Shown here: one piece after another, positions 49,871-62,152 of the stretch
How the letters are laid out: every line of letters starts with the position of its first letter
Position numbering within the stretch: position 1 is the stretch's first letter
Source of the DNA: Lingula anatina
Lineage: Eukaryota > Animalia > Brachiopoda
Direction: 5' to 3'
DNA: 64,000 nt
NCBI GenBank assembly: GCA_051362555.1
Contig: CM120643.1
Location: forward strand, 26,788,848 to 26,852,847
Program-made: the position numbers and the translations under genes
The notes under the pieces: model-generated
Told to the model about the DNA's origin: nothing
What the model saw: the letters and a program-made list of their open reading frames with translations, nothing else
Databases searched by the model: none

Positions 49871-52479
49871 GACCTCGACCCCGGATTATGGAACGATATT
49901 TGACGTTTTTCAGCTTTGCACAGTCTGTGTATAAAAATGAACGTAAACTAACCTCTAATACTTTGCATGTAGCTACGATAGAGCTTTATTTACTATCTTG
50001 TAAAGCTTAATCCATATGATTGGGGTTACTATTGAAGAAAAACGCTAAAATAATGGTTAACTTCGTGTTGTTCTCAAACCCGGGATTATGGAACAAAACC
50101 GGAAGTGCGCAGATAACGTTGCGTCAGAGTTTGTTAGATAAGATGCAAGGCAATATGTAGCGCAGGGGGTCTATAAAAGACAATAAAACGGCAAATGCGC
50201 ATTATATTGCGAATATCAATGAACATAACAGCAGTTGTTATTCATATTTAGTTGGTCTTTTACTTTTAAACACAAATATTGCTAAAAAATGGAATAGTCC
50301 ACTCATTTACCACTGCCTTGATCGGATTATGGAACAAAACGAGAAGTTGCCACTACGTCGGAGTATCGAAACGATATTTAGTAGTCTGGTAATTTAAAAT
50401 GCCAAATTGAAAATACTGTATTCATTATTGTGAATTTAAAGAATAATATTGATATTTCTCATTTTAAAACTCGTCGATCATTCATTTGGACAGCCTTCAG
50501 GTAACAACACCAGTAATGATTCAAAATAAAATCTTTAATTCATGATGACAAAACTAGCAATTAACATTAACAGCTCACATACCACCAACAAAGAATTTAT
50601 CGAAAGTGTGACAAATACAATAAAAATAAATAAATAAAAAAAGACGGAGAACTCGTGTAACAGACTAGTGCAGTGGCCTAACAAAGAGATGAATGTATTC
50701 AGTTTTTTAACATAGCTGACCTTTATAAAATGCATTAAACATTTAACTCCATAAAACGAAATCACTGCAATTTATTCTATTATTATACTGTCTCGCAACT
50801 CTGTTCAATATATGGAATAATAATGTACGTTTGTTTTATGTATGTATGTATGTATGTATGCTTATTTTTTACGTTGCGTTGTTTGTAACGCACAAAAACA
50901 TAGACTATATAAAACAAAAGAACTCAACCAATGTCTCTACTTTACTGAGATAAATTCCAGCAGATATAACACAGGAAAACGTCCAAAAATGTAGTGGTTT
51001 AAGCGCAAGTGAAATGTTCTTGCGCGTTAAGCCTAGGTCCCAAATACGTTTTGGACGCACGGTTTTTTTAGTTCTTTGCGTCCGGCTAGGACGTAGCTAG
51101 ATCGCACGTAGCGGCTGTTGATCATGTCGAAAAGTTAGCCTACTACGTGCTGTTTGCGTCCTCCAAAAGTCGCACGATGGATGTGCTCCTCACGCACGAA
51201 CTCCCTATTTATATCCTTCCCGGTTTTCTAAGGGACAACTCGGGATGTCGATTCATGAACCGATCCCACCAGCCGTTCGACGCTGAAAAGCCCATAGGAC
51301 TATCCCTTTGTTTTCCCATCGCCAGAGCAAACTTGCAGACTCCAAGTCTTTGGTGAGGTGAAACCCCCAGTCACTCATAATAAGGCAGTAGTGGACTAGA
51401 GCTGCCTCATCAGAGTGACTGAGGGCCAACTTCCCATGACCACCTCCCTTGAGAGCACCTGTGGTATATTTACGAAAAATAGAAGAAGAAGATACTGGAT
51501 AGAGATAGTTGAAATAAGAAGTTTTAAAGATAAAACTCCCAGCAAAAGGCGCAAACCTAGTAGGCCTTAAATTATTCATAAGTCTTATATTTTTATTTTC
51601 ATCTGAACAAAGATCAATCATGTGTCATTTGTGTAGGCCTACCTGAAATATGATTTAAAATGATCGTCTTTGGCACCTCAAATATAGGCCTACGTGCCGC
51701 CTCTGATATTGAATAAGAGTAGCCTAGGTCTAGGCCTAGGGGTATAATTTCCTCTCTGGCATGCTGAAATTTATCGAGCATGAAAAATGTCAGTAGGGCA
51801 ACGATTTTTTTCTAGCATATATAATGTCAATACAAAAGTCAACATTAAGTGTTATTTTGTGAGAGCAAAATTTATTTATTTCACAAGTCGCTTGAGTCTA
51901 ATAGCGCTCGTAGCGTTCTCTAGCGGCAGTTTACAGTGAGCAGAAAGCACCCACAGCTATGCCCAACATCAAAGCCATTTTTATGAGATCTTGGAATACT
52001 ACAACCTCTTGAAAGTGGATGTTTTGAAATAATTTTATTAAGCCGAGAACAAGAAATACAAACAATAGGCTAAGGGATGAGAGAAGTTAGGCTACAATAC
52101 TTATAGCAGTAAATTACGGCCGTGTTTACGTCCACAGCGATCGATGTATCTACCCATAACCAGTATGAAAAAGTTAGAAATCGAGATCGGAAACTGGCAG
52201 TAACACGTGCAGACGAAAGCGGACGATAAACGGCTTTAAAACTTGCTTGAATAAACGTAAGTTCATTATTAATTTTATCAAATTTGAGAGCAACGAACTT
52301 TCAAACGCTAACACTTCTATTGTATCAGTTCGTAACATAGCGCGTTTGATACATTGTAGCAGACGCTTGAAACTTTCGTGGCAACGGGGATTTTTTGCGC
52401 TCTGCATGCTGGGTAAAAAGGGCAAACTTCCGGTTTTGTTCCATAATCCGGGGTCGTTCCATAATGTGGGGTCGAGGTC
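49871..52479 (-). mobile_element. Internally deleted pogo/Tigger-like (Tc1/mariner superfamily) transposon
   Basis: TA|gacctcgacccc...ggggtcgaggtc|TA with repeated subterminal attatggaac motifs. Minus-strand remnants of an HTH_psq (SISEAARR..FEVPKTIILNHIS, ~51645-51715) and a CENP-B-type HTH (LSHSDEAALVHYCLIMSDWGFHLT; FSASNGWWDRFMNRHPELSLRKP, ~51220-51430) with frameshift and stop. Confidence 0.87.
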
Positions 52480-52576
52480 TATGTTTTTAAGATTTCAATA
52501 TGGGGCGGGGGTAGTATTTGGCGAAATCCACTTGGTGCAAGTTATGTAGCTTGTGCCTAGTGTAAAAATGAGCTTG

Positions 52577-52628
<52 letters not shown>

Positions 52629-52916
52629 GCGAGAATCCAGAATTAACACATTTTCTCGCTCCCTTTTTATGGAAAAGCTCCACCCAAAGTTCAACAGAAT
52701 GACATAGGTTTGTCTTCAGTTTTGGCTAAGGTGCAGCCAGGTTGTTCTTAATAGGGAATTATTTTTTGGAGAATGTAGTTCACTAACATTGATTTTATAC
52801 TTGTAGGTCTTTACAAGGGTTAGAAGCTATTAAAATTGTAAGGATATATTTTGATTATTATACTAACAACTAATGTATTGTAATTATTCATTTTCAGGTT
52901 CAAGAAACATACAACT

Positions 52917-53004
52917 ATGTGCATTAAAACGACGGTAATGAAATTCATCCTGGGAGTGTTCATCTTGCACTTCGGGCATCTTGTCAAAGCACAAGATGCA
53001 CCAG
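52917..53004 (+). CDS. Exon: signal peptide (MKFILGVFILHFGHLVKA/QD)
   Basis: acceptor at 52897, hydrophobic core with VKA cleavage-like site, phase-1 donor gtaaca. Confidence 0.8.
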
Positions 53005-53762
53005 GTAACAAACATATTTCCCATGTTTTAGACCGCATTCACATCGAGAAGAGCCGATCGAGGCTCAGCAAGGCCGATACCTTAATATGGCGGACGTACA
53101 TGGAAGGAAAACCGCCTAATCATTTAATGGTCTCTCTCCGCCTCTCACCCCCCTCACGCGTCGTCCCCGCGGGGGTACAGTCATTAAATCTCTACTGAGA
53201 AAAATTAAGTGCGCATGCTCATTGGTCTTGGGTCAGCTGACGTTATTTCCGTAGATAGCCGTTTCATTGCTGCTCTACGGGCCAATTCATTCCTTTTTCG
53301 TCTCTGTTTTGAGAGATAATAGAACAGAAGAGCTTTTTTCCTTCGATCGCTTCCAGACACCATGCTTTCTTCACCTCGAGTTTAACTGATGGTCATGCGC
53401 ACTTAATTTTTCTCAGGTAGCTTCCGGGCAAATGGAGCCGAGATTAAATGACTGTACCCCCGCAGGGACGACGCGTGGGGAGGCGTGTGAGAGGCGGAGA
53501 GACCATTTAAGGATTAGGCGGTTTTCCTTTCATGTACGTCCGCCATATTTAGATCTCGGCCTTGCTGAGCCTCGGCTCTTCTCGATGTGAATGCGGCCTT
53601 AAAGATATGTGATTCCTTGCGCGTGTTTGTGTATGAAGAGAAAATTGTTTGGGCGACTGTGTGCGCATGTGCTTGTATAAATCGATCAGGGATGACATTA
53701 TATTATGTTATAACTGCGTCGGAATCCCCTGTGAAATAATGCGGTTTACAACGACTTACTGG

Positions 53763-53796
<34 letters not shown>

Positions 53797-55943
53797 CGTC
53801 GGTGCTTATATTAGCGCTTTGCTAGAAAAGCCCATTGTCAGTCCACGTCTCTACTAATGTTGACAAGGATCATTTTCAAATTCAGAATACATGTACTGTA
53901 TATATACATATAAACATGTAATACATGTATATTGTCCATTTCTATTGTAGGTGAAAATGGGTGTGACCCCAATCCATGTTTGCATAGTGGAAGTTGTAGC
54001 ATTGACCCGATTATGAATTACACGTGCACCTGCCAGCTTGGGTATGTTGGGAGAAACTGTGAAATAAGTAGGTATCATATTATTTATTTTATACAAACAG
54101 TATTATTGGCATATATGTATGTTTTTCACAATATATATCTGTGGTAACTAATTTCAGTATTTTATGTTGTAATAAAATGACTAGGAGAACCGGAACATCT
54201 TCATTTTATTTCATGTAAAATGATGGGTCTGTCACTGTCCACGATAAAACCTACCACAACCGTTTTAGATGGATATACATGCACCACTTTAGAACCCATT
54301 TCATATAGAACAAAGCACCTTTTTCCACTGTAGAACCAACTGCACTACAAAAAATACACATAGGTACATATACACCATTTTAGAACCCACTGCAACTTAT
54401 ACAATTGGACGTGGTGATATTACCATAGAACCTACCTATTAAGGCATTACAGTGGACCTATATACACCACTGTAAAACCTAACCTACACAACAAGTACAA
54501 ATGACCCTTGTTGTAACAGTGAAGAGCCCACTACACTTCTAATACTGATATTGCAGGTGAATATAGAAATCAACTATAAAATCTACCAAATCTTTACTGA
54601 CGAACTTATTGGCAACAATACTTCTATCAGTGCTGGTAAAGCTAGTAACACTACTATAGCGTATATGGTCCTAGTCCTACCACTGTAAAAGCTAATGGTG
54701 TCATTACAGGTGAATTTAGTACCACCAGTTCAGAGACTATCACTGACATCGGTGAAATATCAACTACCGTGGGCGTGAATACAACGACCAATGTTACTTA
54801 CAGTAGTAGTGGGGCATCTACCACCTTCACCACTACCACGCCCTCTACCGATACTCTCCCCTGGCATTCTACAATCTACGACACCACCACCTATCCTACT
54901 GGTGTCAGCACGGAGACACCACTAGGTACTGGTGTCAGCACGGAGACACCACTAGGTACGTCTGAGCCTAGCACTGAAAATACAGTGTACATCCTGTAAG
55001 AGTGAGTATTTTTAAAAAAAGAAAAAAAGGGACTTGATACTTTGGTATACAAGCAGATGTAAATGTTCAGACAAGTTCAGCAATTGCGGCATGACAACAT
55101 TGACAGTTGTGATAGGGTTTGTGTGATGTTGTCGACGAAACTTCGTAGCTTATACCAACTACCGTACGTGTCTAATGAGGGGTTAACATTAAATTCTTTG
55201 TTTCATTAAAAACAATAACAGGGAAAATTAAAATATACATTGTACACTTTGATAAGCGCAACTATGTCTATATGCTTCATGTTGCCACTGTTGTATCCAG
55301 ATGTAATAAATTGCGAAATGTTTCAACGTATTGGTGATCGTTACCTGTGTTCTTTTCAAGTAGGGTCACACGGCGCACCTTGTACACGGACACAGGACTG
55401 CATGGCTGGCGACAACAACACCGTGTGCACAGACACAGGGCAGTGCACGTGTAACACCGGGTTACCGCCTTATTACCTGGACAGAGCTAACCTCTGTGCT
55501 CCGTGTAAGTGCACCAGTCACACCTATATGTACCTATACAAAGACACGCACGCCCATGTAGACAGACAGACATATAGACAAACCGTCATACAAATAGGCA
55601 GATGCAATTGCACAATCACATACATGCTTGCTCGCACACATACACATATACACACACACACACACGCACACACACACACACACACACATATAGACAAAGA
55701 GAATGCACGAGAGACATACAAACTGGAAGACGTTCTGCACAGTCAAACCACACACATGCAAATGAGAATCTTTTCTCTGGTTCTTACTCTTCCAGATTAC
55801 AATGCGGAATGTAGCAAAAACACCAGCTGTCTCCCACAAATTACCAGTTACTACTGTAACGATATCAACAGGTGTGTCTGCGGGTTTGGCCTGATCTATA
55901 ACCAGGAAATGCAGCGCTGTATATATGGTATGTGAGGCTTCAG

Positions 55944-56001
<58 letters not shown>

Positions 56002-58060
56002 GAAAAGTAATAGTAATAATAAAATATAAAAAAGAGTTTTGAGACAAGACTTCAGCTTTGTATGAAATCACGTGTGGGGGTCACATTACTAAAAACGGTG
56101 GTTTTCATTAAAGGCTATAACCAGGAGTGTTACAGTGAACTTGGCTGCGGGGATTCCTCCCTCGTTTGTACGGGTCTCCTGTTGGACAACACGCCCGGCA
56201 GCTGTAAATGCGCTCCTGGTCACAATTTCCTACGGGGTCGATGTCGAGCAGGTGAGTAGGTAAAACATATACGTGCGTCACAGAAAATAGTCCATTCCGC
56301 TGAATTAAATTTTTGGGACCATTCCAAAACCCTATCTTTCTAACTGTGGATCGATCTATCTCCGAGGAGATTCTCGCTAAATTGCAATCAACTAAAGCGG
56401 CGTATATGTCTGTCACGCCTACTGAAGCTGCTAGGGGGTAATTTTAATTAAAATTATCTTTTAGCAGCTTTAGTTGCCGTGCCAGACATCTAAGCCGGTT
56501 AAGCTGAATGCAATTTAGCGACAATCCCCTTGGAGATGGATCGATCATGTTAGACCGATCTAGGTATGTGAATCCAGTATAAGTGTATAAATGAGAAAAT
56601 AGACAAAGCCAACAACTAAAATTTCAACTAGTCTCTGTGATATGGAGACTTTGATGAACTCGTATGAGATTCCTTCCACTTCAGGCTCAGTGATTAACAG
56701 TCCTTGTCAGTCCAGTTGTCCGTATGGGAGCAATACAGTGTGTGTGAATGGGACTTGTGTCTGCCAGACTGGGTTCTTCCACAACCAAACCACACAACAG
56801 TGTCAGCGGGGTGAGTATCAGCGGCGATTTCTGAAATATATACCACACCAATATTCCCCTCTTGAAATTAGAATTTTGACTAGCTGAATCATAGTTCTAA
56901 ACCGAGGCAAAGGACACCGTTTGTCCTCCAAAACACCAAATTTTTTTGGGGTCCTTGAGCAGGACCCAAACCCCACGCCAAGGGGGCGATGGTCGGCTTT
57001 CCATCCGAGGCCTGTCATTCCGGAACCCCCCTTCAAATAATCCTGGACTGGGGCCATGCAGTTGCTACTTAAATGGTGTCTTACTGACATACAATGCTCG
57101 CTACACCTTTCTAATTACTTCTTTATACTGATGGTGAACATTAGCTAAAATGGTTGGAAAAAGTACGATCATTAAACTAAAACGTTTCTGTCCATGTTAT
57201 CTAATTTACTAAATTTTAAACGGCACGAGTGAAATTTTCTAGTTTCAATCTAAAAACCATGGGTAGTCGTTGAAAAACATGAAACTTCGACCCCCCAAAA
57301 AGGTTTTTTAAACCCGTGTATGGTTTGTAATATAATATCATTATATTATTATAATTATGTATTGTAACTTTAAAATATTATTGTGCACCTTAGGGATTTA
57401 AGTAAATGAATTTAAAGCGAATATCCAAAATATCTCCGTATTTCCATAAAATTGGTTTTTACTCTATAAAAGTACAGTGTGGGCCTTTTATTTAAAAACG
57501 GCTTTAGTCTATTTAGATCAAATATAAATCAGTGATGGGACGGAATCACTAAAGTGAAATCTTGCGCTTGAACTTAAAGAAAAGAAAATGGTTAATATTA
57601 TACTAGTACAATGCATGTATAGTACCAGTTCTTTTCTATAAGTGGATAAGTACCAGTTATAATCCAACTGTCTAAAATACAAATGATTGACTGAATAATA
57701 TTCTTTAAGCTTTTTAATTTTCCAGCAAATAATTTTTTTATGTGCAAATGTTCATTTTAGGCCTAGTATTTAATGCCTATTTTCAGCCTACAATAGTTCC
57801 TGTACCTTTAACCGGAACATATGTTCAGGAGTCGGTGACAGTAAGATGAGATGTAGCTACGTGAGTGAACAAAGTGGCTATTTCTGTCGATGTGATTTCG
57901 GCCACTTCTACAACACCACTGTGAGATTGTGTGAACTGGGTATGTATACATGTACAGTGCGGGGAAGAATATAAAGTACACGGTATTATCCGTATGTTAT
58001 CCCGAACAACATACAATAGTTTGATATAATGTGGGTGCAGTAGTCTGATTTCCATGTACC

Positions 58061-58105
<45 letters not shown>

Positions 58106-61002
58106 CACAGTATGCCACGCATATTGCTGACCCTGAGTGAAGCTAGAAATAGACGTTCTCAACAGTTGCTGATCGAGGCGCTGCAAAGTAGCAATGACAA
58201 TGTACTTAAAGGGATAACAACTCTTCGTATAACATTTATTTTTCTAAATAATCACCTTATAAACACCTCATAGAGATGTAATATTCTATTTTACCACAAA
58301 AATTGACAGTTATAACAATTATTCTAAAATATGTGCTTGTCATTGGATCACGTGACCTCCATTGATAAATAAATGAAAAAACGCTTAAAAAACAGGGACT
58401 AAATTTGAATCTAGAAATGGATTCGTTGATCTTTGGTGAGTGTGGGAAAATTGCCGTTTACCCCAGGAAAATTCATTTTTGGTCCAAAATGAACACTTGT
58501 TATCCTTTTTAGTGTCAGACCAGCTGATACTCTACCGCTGCTTCAACCACTAAGTGCTGAGTGCCAAGCGAGGTGATATAAGGTACCGTTTAAGAAGTAC
58601 CTACACGTCCCCTCGTATCCTGGGTAGTCTTTACCAACCCTAACCTTACCAACAATGATCGCTATGCGCCCTTTTCTTTCGTATTTCAGCCATCGGTTCC
58701 AGTTGCACATCCACTGAGCAGTGCCTGCGGCGTGAAGGTTTTTATAAAATGTCCTATTCGGTATCTTGTCAGGACACGGATCTTGACGGCCGAAATGACA
58801 CGTGCCTTTGTGACGAAGGTCACTTCTGGAACCTACGGGATAGTAGATGTGAGCTTTATAGCGGTAAGTGGAAACTGTGTATCAATTCTAATGTTTCTTT
58901 AGGTTCCCAGGGTCACAGCATACTCCAAAACTGAAAAAAAAAAAAAAAAAAACGAAATCATATCACAGATTCTTCTTCATATGTGTAAAGTGTTTAATAA
59001 CGCACTTCGTTTGCCCTCAGACTTTATCCTATCGTGAAATATAATAGCAATATTGGTTTATTACATGTATTACTTTACAATTTCATGTCAATTCAATCAG
59101 GTTCTGCATGCCGCGATGGTTTTATCAACGTGGTACCTGCATTAGCCGCTAGGCGAAAGAGGCAGTCTGGCGCGGCTGTATCTTCTGGTTACGTTTGCGT
59201 CATGATTCAAGCCAACCCCATGTCATGGACCGAGGCAGTGGAAGGTTGTCGCTCCCACTACAGCAATATGTTAGCATTGTCCGACGCTGCGTGGTCACAT
59301 GATCCATATTACTCTTACACACTTTCTTCGTTGATTCAGACTTTACGTGCTAGTAAGTTACCTTAATGTACATTCATCATGTCATTATACAGGTATTTAA
59401 AGCGCACTCAAGAGATCGTGATAGTACCGATTACGGGTATTCTAAACGTGAACCTCCTAGAAATCATTCGTCAACCAGTGCCTGGTTTATTTGTATCATT
59501 TCTACTCCCATAATGTGTTCCCAACGAATCATAATTCATTAAGATCTACAAGAATGTGTTACTGACATTATGGTGATAAATATCTTCATCAGATATTTTT
59601 TCAATGTGTTACTGACATTATGGTGATAAATATCTTCATCAGATATTTTTTCAATTTAGGGACTTAAAGGTCTGATTTGGGGAGATAAGCAGTTTTGAAG
59701 GATATGTAGACATAGGAATATGACTTTTTCAAAGTATTTTTTTCAAACGTTTCCAGTGCAAAATACTATCTGAAAAAAATCAGAGCTTAAATTTGATACC
59801 CATCTTTTGACTATCAATCCACATGTGACTTTTTATCGGACTTTTTATCGGACATTGAAAAAAGGAGCATTGTAAGTGATGATGATTGTAAGGTAATTAA
59901 ATTGCAAATAAGCTGGTTAATTTGGGTAAACTCTGGATAAACGTTTTGATAATACAGTTTACTACTGCTACGAGCCTACGTTCACGCTTGTAACTTGGCG
60001 GTGTGTTGGTGCTATATAATTAAGGGTTATGGGATTTCATACCTTTGTTCATTGTATTGTTATGAACTCTTAATTTTAAATCTTTCATTCAGAGTTTATA
60101 TATATATCCACGAAAACGAGTGGCTATACATCGGCTGCAGACGTCAAAGTAAATAATTATTTCATTTGGTTTGTCATTTTCAGATATGGTTTCACGATAT
60201 TGGACAAGCATGTTGTTGAGCCAAGACAGCCAAACACTGATCTGGGAAGGTGCATATCCCCACCCTGTTAACTACAGGTAATACTCACGGAGCCTTGACT
60301 TTGGCCCGTATTTATCTTAACTTTTTTGATCAACATTTAGGCTAATTTGACAGAGGATAAATCAGTTGTGGTAGTAATTATAAAATAAGAGGGCCATTGC
60401 TTCTTTTTTACAAACAACAAAGGTATGGCTAATGCTGTCAACGTTTCAGGCCATTACATACATTATTTAAAAATATTAAATATTTTACGAATGGAGTACA
60501 ATGGCTCATTTTGAACTTCAGTAAACCAATTTTTGGGTCTAAAACTTGAGATCTTTTTTTGGCTAATGCCCTGTTTCGGAGACGTTTTGGGGAGATTCAT
60601 ATAATTATATTTGGCAGCATGTTAAAAAATGACTAATTATAAATCCAATTTTGACAGTTTGACGTTTGTCATTTACATTTAGCACGGGTTGCTTTTTGGT
60701 ACTCATATTTCAATTTTTTCTTTGCATAATTGATAAGATAAGAAAATGATAGTTCTTTAAAAACCGTTTCCCTTTAATTTCAACCATAGGGTGGACCATC
60801 AACCCGGAATCTATTTGAGGAGAACAAAGCAACGTTTTAATCTTGCAACAAATGGAACGTTTACATTCCTTTGATTGATAAAGCATAGCATGTAGTGGAG
60901 AATAAAAGTCACTTTACACTCCACAACAGTAATTGTATTTTAATCTTTGAATCAAAATGTTCTACCCTAACAATATTTGGTGTGTGTTTCCCAGCAATAC
61001 CA

Positions 61003-61086
<84 letters not shown>

Positions 61087-62110
61087 TTTTTTTCTATTAT
61101 TTGAAAAGTGAACATGACATGTGGCAGTGGTCGGACAATCAGCCTCTCCCGCTCCATGGTAACTGCGTTGCTGCGAGAGAAAATTCTGAAATATCCATAT
61201 ACGGTCGTGTAAACCTCACCACCGAGCCATGTGACAGCAGACTGCCCTCTGTTTGTACCCACACCCCCATCAGACCGGAACTGAGCACAGGTGAGCATTA
61301 TCTATGGCAGCTCCGGGGGTGAGGTGGGGTGGGGTGGGGTGGAAGTGGGAGGGGAGGAGGGGGAGTGGTCAAGGTGCCCTCGCTGGTATTCCAAGTACAC
61401 TTTTACCCCCTCTCTCCGATCTAAATAATCTCTGACCGAGGAATGAGATAAAGCCAATTACTTTCTATTTGTTGAGCAAGGAGAGGCAATCTTAATTATC
61501 GTTGTGGATGGCCTATAGATACTTATCGTTCTGCAATCAGATAAGCCGCGCTCTAGGAAGTGTTTACTTTTGACTGATTGAGTGATGTTGTCTTGATTAT
61601 TTGTGGCGTAACATTAAACAATGACATCCATACGTTTCGTTTTGTTGACATCAAAGTGAATCATCAACTGGAATACATATTTTTGACAACATGTAGAAGG
61701 CACAATTATGTTGATATCTGTTTAACAGTATAATATTGCATAAAACACAACTTGCTTAAATCGCTCTTTGCGACGTAATTTCTTTTAGTTTTGAAATGCC
61801 CGGATGGTTGGCGAGGATCACCTGAACTTGAAAAATGTTTGAAATTTGTGAAACGGCCGGGATCTTACGAAAGTGCTGAGTCTTACTGTTTTTCGGAGGG
61901 AGGCAGACTGTTTTCTCCAACCTCGTCCTTTAGCAGAGCATTTGCTATCCGTGGATTTGTTTTTATGGAAGGTGAGGACTTGAATGGGTTATATGAAGAT
62001 TGTGGTCCAGGAAAAGTTAACCAGAATAAGTTGTTTTTGTAGTTTCCTTTTTTATTCTTTTTCATTTTTGAAACTAGTTAGGATCTTTAATTTATATATT
62101 ATTTTCTTTT

Positions 62111-62152
<42 letters not shown>

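Noticed and set aside
55240-55935. 231-aa ORF as one exon
   Set aside because: Two real exons bridged by a (CA)n-rich intron that happens to stay open; strong splice sites at 55505 and 55795
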